Assembly: GCA_000388065.2 (NCBI GenBank)
Contig: KB932243.1
DNA: 5,843 nucleotides
From: Fonticula alba ATCC 38817
Taxonomy: Eukaryota > Protista > Nucleariida
Direction: 5' to 3' (one strand)
Below are positions 1-5,482 of this stretch, piece by piece; position 1 is the stretch's first letter, and every line of letters starts with the position of its first letter. The position numbers were made by a program, and so were the translations under genes. The notes beneath the pieces are model-generated. The model did not search any database, was not told the DNA's origin, and worked only from the letters and a program-made list of their open reading frames with translations.

Positions 1-650
1 CCCCGGTATGGCGGCCCATCGCCGGGCCAGCCCTCCCCGGAGGAAGGTGCGCTCCGGGTCTGCCCCGGCCGGCCGGCGTCGCCCCCCTCCGCCGACGCAT
101 GCGCGTCCTTTTGCTCGCGCACCCGTTCCCCCACTGATTCCCCGCCCCCCCCCCCATCGCCCACACACCCAGACCACACGGTGCTCAACACCATGGTCGG
201 TACGTTGCCCCCCCCCCCCGTGTTCCCCCTGCCGCCACCGGGCGCTGACCCCCCGACAACAACGCAGAGCTCTCCCTCCCGGGCGCCATGCAGGTGAACC
301 TGGCCACGGACTTCGTGCCGGCCGACACCCCCCTCGGGACCGGCGGCCAGGCGGCCGTCTTCGCGGCACGCGCCGTCGGCGTCGGGCTGGCCACGCGCCT
401 CGGCTGCCCGCCCACGGTGGCCGTCAAACTGCTCAAGGGTACGCCCGGCCCCCCGGAGGCCGGTGGGCTTTTTTTTCTAGCCTTCAGCCACGCCCCGGCC
501 CGCCACTCACCCCCCTCACCACCGGCCCCCGCACCGCCCAGCCACCCGGATGACTGCCCACCAGGTGGCCCTCTTGCAAAATGAAATTGCCCTCATGTGG
601 TGCGTCAGGCGAGCCGCCCCGCGCCCCGCGCCCCCTGTGCCCGGACTAAC

Positions 651-706
<56 letters not shown>

Positions 707-1500
707 ACCACCACCACNNNNNNNNNNCCACCACCACCACCACCACCACCACCACCACCACCACCACCACCACCACCACGCCCGGCCGTAGGCTCCTCCG
801 CGACCAGGCCAACATCGTGCGGCTGTACGGCTACTCCGACGCCCCGCCGGGCATCCTGATGGAGCTCTTCGAGGGGGACCTGGCGGGGCTGCTGCAGTCG
901 GACGCCCGGCTGGGGGTCGGCCAGCTGGCCGACCTGGCCCAGCAGTGGGCCACCGGCCTGGAGGCCATGCACGCGCAGGGGGTGGCCCACTGCGACCTCA
1001 AGACGGCCAACGTCTTTGTCAGCCGGCGCCCGGGCGGGGGCTGGCGCGCGGCCATCGGCGACCTCGGCACCAGCCGCAGCCTCCGCTCCGACCGGGCCAG
1101 TGCCCTGGTCCACGCGGCGCCGGAGCTCAATGTCCTGAGCGCGCGCTACGCCGCGCCCGAGGTGGTCCGGGCCTTCCACCGGCGGCGCCCGCTCGACGCG
1201 GCGCTCTACTTCCCGGCCGACATCTACGCCGCGGCCGTCATGCTGTGGGAGTGCCTGGCCCGCGCGGTGCCCTGGCAGGGCTGCTCCTTCGAGCAGATCG
1301 CCGAGCACCTGGCCGCCGGCCGCCGGCCGGAGCTCCACCTGGCCCTGGCCCCGGTGGCCCGGGCCAGCGAGGCCCTCGCCCAGCAGCTGGCCGACATCCT
1401 GCCCCGGCTGTGGGCCGATGATGCCCTCGCCCGGCCGCCGGCCGCCACCCTCCGCCACTCGGTGGCCAGCCTGGCGGTCATGCTGCCCGGCGAGCCGTAG
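1..1500 (+). CDS. 5'-partial spliced TKL-like (probably receptor-like) protein kinase, join(<1..46,173..199,268..438,542..599,792..1500), 336 aa visible
   Basis: Manual splicing at GT-AG sites (intron phases 1,1,1,2) gives one continuous frame: ...SPEEDHTVLNTMVELSLPGAMQVNLATDFVPADTPLGTGGQAAVF...VAVKLLKATRMTAHQVALLQNEIALMWLLRDQANIVRLYG...HCDLKTAN...DLG...YAAPE...DIYAAAVMLWE...PW...RP...*. All kinase subdomains are in order: Gly loop GTGGQA, VAVK Lys, alphaC Glu, catalytic loop 988-1011, DLG 1060-1068, APE 1153-1161. Third codon positions are strongly G/C. The first exon (1..46) is the least certain part because GTATGG at 6 is an alternative donor. Confidence 0.9.
47..172 (+). other. Spliceosomal intron of the kinase gene (126 nt, phase 1)
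   Basis: GTGCGC donor at 47, branch-like CTGAT at 134-138, C-rich tract, first downstream AG at 171-172. Alternative donor GTATGG at 6 has the same phase. Confidence 0.6.
200..267 (+). other. Spliceosomal intron of the kinase gene (68 nt, phase 1), following a 27-nt micro-exon (173-199)
   Basis: GTACGT donor, CTGAC branch at 245-249, first downstream CAG at 265-267; the join gives TVLNTMV-E-LSLPG in frame with the kinase. Confidence 0.8.
439..541 (+). other. Spliceosomal intron of the kinase gene (103 nt, phase 1)
   Basis: GTACGC donor, CTCAC branch candidates at 506-510 and 515-519, CAG at 539-541; the join restores VAVKLLK-A-TRM...NE (subdomains II-III). Confidence 0.88.
600..791 (+). other. 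Spliceosomal intron of the kinase gene (nominally 192 nt, phase 2), containing a microsatellite and a 10-N gap
   Basis: GTGCGT donor, ACTAAC branch at 644-649, TAG acceptor at 789-791; the join gives EIALM-W-LLRDQANIVRLYG. Confidence 0.9.
656..779 (+). repeat. Compound trinucleotide microsatellite (GCC)15 then (ACC)n, interrupted by a 10-N gap
   Basis: GCC x15 at 656-700; ACC units at 701-717 and 728-779; true length unknown because of N 718-727. Confidence 0.97.
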
Positions 1501-1503
1501 GGC

Positions 1504-1519
1504 GGGGGGGGGGGGGGGG
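1504..1519 (+). repeat. G16 homopolymer in the kinase 3' UTR
   Basis: Directly visible between the TAG (1498-1500) and AATAAA. Confidence 0.9.
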
Positions 1520-1521
1520 CG

Positions 1522-1527
1522 AATAAA
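1522..1527 (+). promoter_or_regulatory. Putative polyadenylation signal AATAAA of the kinase gene
   Basis: Canonical hexamer 21 nt after the stop codon in otherwise extremely GC-rich sequence. Confidence 0.65.
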
Positions 1528-2849
1528 CCCACCAGCTGCTCGTCACCCGGCATCCGGGGGTGCGCTCGCGCACGGGGTCCCCCGCCATCGGGCCGGGCCA
1601 TGTGCGAGGCCCAGTCACCCGGGCGTGGCACTCACGCCCTGCGCCTGCCGTGGTCTGGGGCAGGCGGTGCGGCGCGGCGGCGGGGGGGGGGGGATGATTT
1701 GTGGCAGGGGGGGGCAAGGTGCCTGGGGGAGGGCCCTCTGTGCATGGGCGCCCCGCAGGCCGGCCGGCCGGCCGGCGACAGGGCCGTGGCTGCTGGGCCG
1801 GCAGGGGGCGACTTGCGGGCCCGGCCTGGCCGGCCGTGTGCCGCGCGTCTGGCCGGCTGCCAGGGGCCCCGATCCGGCCCGCGGCAAGAGGCGCGACCCC
1901 CCGCCAACGCACAACAGGCGGCCCTCGGGGGCTGGGGGGCACCGGCCGCGCGGCCAAGACACGGCATCTTCCCGGGGCGTGTAGGCCCCCGGTGGCCGGG
2001 CCCGGCGGCGCCGGTGCCAGCCCCGGCGAGCGGCTAGCACGCCTTCCGGCAGGGGGAGGAGCAGGTCCCGGGCACCTGGAGCGCGGCCCGGCCCGGCGTG
2101 CGGCACAGCGTCCGCTCCGGCCGGCAGGCCCGGGGCTCGGCGAGTGGCCGGCCGGCGTGCTCCTGCCTGGGCGCCGCGACTGGCGCATGGGCGGCCAGGC
2201 CCGAAGTGCGGGCAGCCTCGGAGACTGGCCACCTTTGTGTCCTCCGGGCCGGGCCGGGGCGGCCGCGCGCCCGGGCCCCAGCCGTACCGTGGCCGGGTCG
2301 GAGTCCCCCCCCCCCCGGCCCGCAACAGGGGCACCGAGGGAGGCCACACACACGCACGCACGCACACCCTTCGGGCTGGCTGGTGCGGCCAGCCGCATCG
2401 GCCGCCAGCCCCCGGGGGACAAGCGCGCCGGGAGCCGGCGAGAGCGCCAGCGGCCGTGGGAGGAAAAAGAAATCCCCCCAGGCCTGCTGGCCTGGGTCGG
2501 AGGGGGGCGGCCATCGCCGGCAGAGCGCCGCCATGGCGTCACGGCGGGCCGCATCGGCCGGCCCCCATTTCCGGGCGCGCCACCCCCGCCCGACAAAAGA
2601 GGGCACAGTCTGCTTTTGTAGATCCCCCGCCGGGAGCCGGCGCGTGTCCATCTGCCAGCGCATGCTCTCCGAGCCGGTCTCACAATGCCGCGGGCGCCGA
2701 TGATGCCCGATGCCGGGCCGCCCGCCGGCGCGCCGGGTGGCCTCTCATGGCACGCGGGCGGGCTTCGGCGGCCGGGCGGCGGGCGCGGGGGCGCCGGCAC
2801 ACCATGGCCGCGCCTTTTATGCCGTCCCGGGCATGTGCCCTTCAGACAA

Positions 2850-2922
2850 GCCTGTTTAGCTCAGTTGGTAGAGCATGGGACTCTTAATCCCAGGGTCGTG
2901 GGTTCGAGCCCCACAGTGGGCT
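2850..2922 (+). tRNA. tRNA-Lys(CTT): tRNA-Lys, anticodon CTT, 73 nt, intronless
   Basis: Cloverleaf: acceptor GCCTGTT/AGTGGGC, D arm GCTC-AGTTGGTA-GAGC, anticodon arm TGGGA-CTCTTAA-TCCCA, variable GGGTC, T arm GTGGG-TTCGAGC-CCCAC; A and B boxes intact; no encoded CCA. Confidence 0.95.
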
Positions 2923-2934
2923 GTCTGTCTTCCC

Positions 2935-2938
2935 TTTT
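2935..2938 (+). terminator. Putative Pol III terminator (T4) of tRNA-Lys; a second T4 at 2972-2975
   Basis: TTTT begins 13 nt after the tRNA 3' end; T4 is a minimal terminator. Confidence 0.6.
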
Positions 2939-3267
2939 GGTCGGGGGCTCTGCCACACGCGCGGCGCCCTCTTTTGGCGTCTCTGGGTGTGGGGGGGGGG
3001 CAAGGGATGGAACCAGCGCGAGGCGAGACAAGCCACCGGCGGCCAGGGCAGGGGCCGGGAGTGTGGTGGAGGGCCTGTGCGCGACGGGCCAAAGCCCCTG
3101 CGTCGCACCAAAAACACGGGCGGCGCGTGGGTGAGCGGGGAGGCGGGGCGCCGCACCGCACCCCGGGCGGCGGGCCCGTGCTGGTCCCCACCGGCGCGAG
3201 CTGCGGCCCTCTCGGCGGCGCCGTGTCCCCCGGCGGCCGGCGCGTGCCCTGCTGTGTGGGGCTGGGC

Positions 3268-3291
3268 CGCGCGCGCGCGCGCGCGCGCGCG
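3268..3291. repeat. (CG)12 perfect dinucleotide tract
   Basis: 24 nt of uninterrupted alternating C/G. Confidence 0.97.
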
Positions 3292-3478
3292 ACTGGATTG
3301 CCCGCTGGGGAGTGCCTTTGTCTGCGCCGGGTTATGGACGTGCGTGTGTGGGTGCGTATATGTACGTGTGGGCGTGCCTCTTTGGATGGCATGCGCAGCC
3401 TCCCCTCCCCCCCCATCCGCGCGCCCCCGGCCTGGGTCACGGACAAAAGGCCCAGAGCGAGCTCCTCCCCACAAGCAG

Positions 3479-3550
3479 GGGAAATTAGTCTAGTGGTATG
3501 ATTCTCGCTTAGGGTGCGAGAGGTCCCGGGTTCGATTCCCGGATTTCCCC
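3479..3550 (+). tRNA. tRNA-Pro(AGG): tRNA-Pro, anticodon AGG, 72 nt, intronless
   Basis: Acceptor GGGAAAT/ATTTCCC fully paired, D region GTCTAGTGGTATGAT, anticodon arm CTCGC-TTAGGGT-GCGAG (AGG at 3511-3513), T arm CCGGG-TTCGATT-CCCGG, discriminator C; typical eukaryotic tRNA-Pro body. Confidence 0.97.
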
Positions 3551-3554
3551 GGTC

Positions 3555-3559
3555 TTTTT
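3555..3559 (+). terminator. Pol III terminator (T5) of tRNA-Pro
   Basis: TTTTT begins 5 nt after the discriminator base. Confidence 0.8.
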
Positions 3560-3620
3560 GCGCCCGCCGCGCGGGGACGCAGGGGCAATCTCCCCGGCCG
3601 CGCAGGGGGGGTCTCGTTGC

Positions 3621-3637
3621 TTTTTTTTTTTTTTTTT
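3621..3637. repeat. T17 (A17 on - strand) homopolymer
   Basis: Directly visible; the longest A/T tract in the window. Confidence 0.95.
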
Positions 3638-3778
3638 CCTGCTCGCTGTGTGTGTTCGTGTGTATTTGCACAAGGCACGCATCCGGACAGGCCCCGCCCT
3701 GGCGAGATGCACGAATGCACGACCGGCGGGCTTTCAGCAAGGCGGCCGGCCGGACACGGCCGGGCCACTCCCCGGGGC

Positions 3779-4311
3779 CTAGGACATCGGGGCAAGGAGC
3801 ATGACCATCAGGGCCCGGTGCTCTTGAGTCAGGTGGCCAATGCAGGCCATGACCGGGGGCACGCGGATGTGCGACGGCCGGTGACATGTCACCGACGGTT
3901 TCCAGAAGACACCGTGGGTCTTGCAGAACTTGCAAACGGCGTGCTTGGGCACCGGCAGCACCTGGCCCGAGTGGATACACTCGACCGCCTCCGCGTCGTG
4001 ACGCCGGCGCTCGCGGTACAAGATCAGCGTCCGGCGCATTCTGAAGCCAATAGCCTGCGGCAGCCCGCGGGCGGGGGACACGGCACACGTCCACGCGTCG
4101 GTTGTCGGGAGGAGTAGCGGGCGGTGAGGGGCGAGAGAGAGAGAGAGAGAGGCGGGGGAGGGCAAGGCGAGAGGTCGGGGGCCGGGCCGGCGAAAACCCC
4201 CGGGCCCCACTGTCCCGGGCACCACCATCACCCACGACGACGTACCAGAGAGGAACCAATCGAGACGCCATAAAGTAGGAAAATCTGCCCAATCAGGTCG
4301 TGGAGCGGCAT
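3779..4311 (-). CDS. Putative spliced hypothetical membrane-anchored Cys/His-rich protein, complement(join(3779..4054,4246..4311)), 113 aa; may be 5'-partial
   Basis: Exon 1 MPLHDLIGQIFLLYGVSIGSSL ends at a GTACGT donor; exon 2 AIGFRMRRTLILYRERRRHDAEAVECIHSGQVLPVPKHAVCKFCKTHGVFWKPSVTCHRPSHIRVPPVMACIGHLTQEHRALMVMLLAPMS* follows a CAG acceptor in phase 0. The join creates one continuous hydrophobic segment followed by RMRR. About 85% (77/91 by my count) of exon 2 codons end in G/C. No homology recognised. Confidence 0.6.
4055..4245 (-). other. Putative spliceosomal intron (191 nt, phase 0)
   Basis: On the - strand: GTACGT donor at 4245, (CT)9 tract, CTCAC branch at 4128-4124, no AG between the branch and the CAG at 4057-4055. 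Confidence 0.7.
4133..4150. repeat. (GA)9 / (CT)9 microsatellite inside the - strand intron
   Basis: Directly visible; pyrimidine-rich on the predicted sense strand. Confidence 0.9.
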
Positions 4312-4428
4312 TTCGGTGGCTGCTCCGAAGGGAGCGGATCAAAGACCGGCAGGGGGTGAGTCAGCGCCGCGAAGGGGAGGGGGCGGGGGGGGGAGGATGG
4401 GATGCCCAGAGAAGGGCGAGGGCAAGGG

Positions 4429-5233
4429 NNNNNNNNNNNNNNNNNNNNNNNNNNNNNNNNNNNNNNNNNNNNNNNNNNNNNNNNNNNNNNNNNNNNNNNN
4501 NNNNNNNNNNNNNNNNNNNNNNNNNNNNNNNNNNNNNNNNNNNNNNNNNNNNNNNNNNNNNNNNNNNNNNNNNNNNNNNNNNNNNNNNNNNNNNNNNNNN
4601 NNNNNNNNNNNNNNNNNNNNNNNNNNNNNNNNNNNNNNNNNNNNNNNNNNNNNNNNNNNNNNNNNNNNNNNNNNNNNNNNNNNNNNNNNNNNNNNNNNNN
4701 NNNNNNNNNNNNNNNNNNNNNNNNNNNNNNNNNNNNNNNNNNNNNNNNNNNNNNNNNNNNNNNNNNNNNNNNNNNNNNNNNNNNNNNNNNNNNNNNNNNN
4801 NNNNNNNNNNNNNNNNNNNNNNNNNNNNNNNNNNNNNNNNNNNNNNNNNNNNNNNNNNNNNNNNNNNNNNNNNNNNNNNNNNNNNNNNNNNNNNNNNNNN
4901 NNNNNNNNNNNNNNNNNNNNNNNNNNNNNNNNNNNNNNNNNNNNNNNNNNNNNNNNNNNNNNNNNNNNNNNNNNNNNNNNNNNNNNNNNNNNNNNNNNNN
5001 NNNNNNNNNNNNNNNNNNNNNNNNNNNNNNNNNNNNNNNNNNNNNNNNNNNNNNNNNNNNNNNNNNNNNNNNNNNNNNNNNNNNNNNNNNNNNNNNNNNN
5101 NNNNNNNNNNNNNNNNNNNNNNNNNNNNNNNNNNNNNNNNNNNNNNNNNNNNNNNNNNNNNNNNNNNNNNNNNNNNNNNNNNNNNNNNNNNNNNNNNNNN
5201 NNNNNNNNNNNNNNNNNNNNNNNNNNNNNNNNN
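4429..5233. other. Assembly gap (805 N)
   Basis: Run of N; all ORFs spanning it are artefacts. Confidence 1.
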
Positions 5234-5235
5234 CC

Positions 5236-5482
5236 CCGGTGCCGGTGATTCCCCACTCCGGCCTGGGCCGTTGCCCATTCCGGATGACTGATGCAGGCGC
5301 GGTCTTCAAGTCACGCACCTCGGGCCGCCGGGCGATGGTGAGCTGCTGCCGGCCCGCCTCCCCCCCCCCCTCCGACACACACACAAACACTCACATGCCC
5401 TGGCGGCCGCCGGGGGCAGGCGCGTCTCCCACACCGGGGGCGACCGTGGGTGTTTCACGCCCCGGACCCCAGAGAGCCATGA
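5236..5482 (+). CDS. Possible last two exons of an unknown gene starting in the gap, join(<5236..5337,5420..5482)
   Basis: Open frame PVPVIPHSGLGRCPFRMTDAGAVFKSRTSGRRAM, GTGAGC donor at 5338, C-rich tract, CTCAC at 5390-5394, first AG at 5418-5419, then ARLPHRGRPWVFHAPDPREP*. The intron grammar matches the kinase introns, but there is no recognisable homology. Confidence 0.25.

Noticed and set aside
288-584. Stand-alone 98-aa ORF starting at ATG 288
   Set aside because: It is one kinase exon plus intron read-through; a good acceptor at 267 and in-frame upstream exons make the ATG internal.
1111-1161. Doubled AAPE in the activation segment (HAAPELNVLSARYAAPE)
   Set aside because: A 4-residue match with different codons and normal segment length; no sign of a real duplication.
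550-1500. ORF-track protein with poly-Arg/His/Thr insert inside the kinase
   Set aside because: The insert is intron 600-791 (GT..ACTAAC..AG). Its stop-free, 3n length depends on an arbitrary 10-N gap, and it would split alphaC from beta4.
1498-1500. TAG reassignment or read-through (frame stays open to 2037)
   Set aside because: TAG falls right after kinase subdomain XI and before AATAAA, the extension is G-run low complexity, and no in-frame TAG/TAA occurs inside conserved regions.
2040-2070. SRP RNA helix-8-like words (CAGG...GGAGCAGGTC)
   Set aside because: Only 6 nt between CAGG and AGCAG, no stem with a GNRA loop, and no Alu domain or long helix 5.
2592-2720. Possible hidden Pol III gene downstream of GACAAAAG (same 8-mer as upstream of tRNA-Pro)
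   Set aside because: No A box, B box, cloverleaf or T-tract terminator at the expected distance.
3077-3114. Hairpin GCGACG...CGTCGC followed by A5
   Set aside because: Bulged and of modest length; such stems are common by chance at this GC content, and bacterial-type terminators are irrelevant in this eukaryotic context.
1478-3501. Many long overlapping Pro/Arg/Gly/Ala-rich ORFs on both strands
   Set aside because: Expected from stop-codon scarcity at very high GC; no codon-position bias, no motifs, and several cross tRNA genes or simple repeats.
3479-3637. tRNA-headed SINE (tRNA-Pro + 70 nt + homopolymer tail)
   Set aside because: The tRNA is intact with its own T5 terminator, the tail is poly-T rather than poly-A on the tRNA strand, and no target-site duplication is visible.
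3879-3894. Perfect 16-bp palindrome CGGTGACATGTCACCG
   Set aside because: Lies within a predicted coding exon. A rough estimate (about 0.3^8 x 5000 positions, about 0.3 expected) makes one such palindrome unremarkable.
3617-4117. + strand 166-aa ORF
   Set aside because: In-register antisense shadow of the GC3-biased - strand exon; starts in the T17 tract.
4293-5390. ORFs of ~300-365 aa spanning the N run; RDLKTA resembling a kinase catalytic loop
   Set aside because: Artefacts of N codons. RDLKTA lacks the preceding His, the following Asn and all other kinase motifs.
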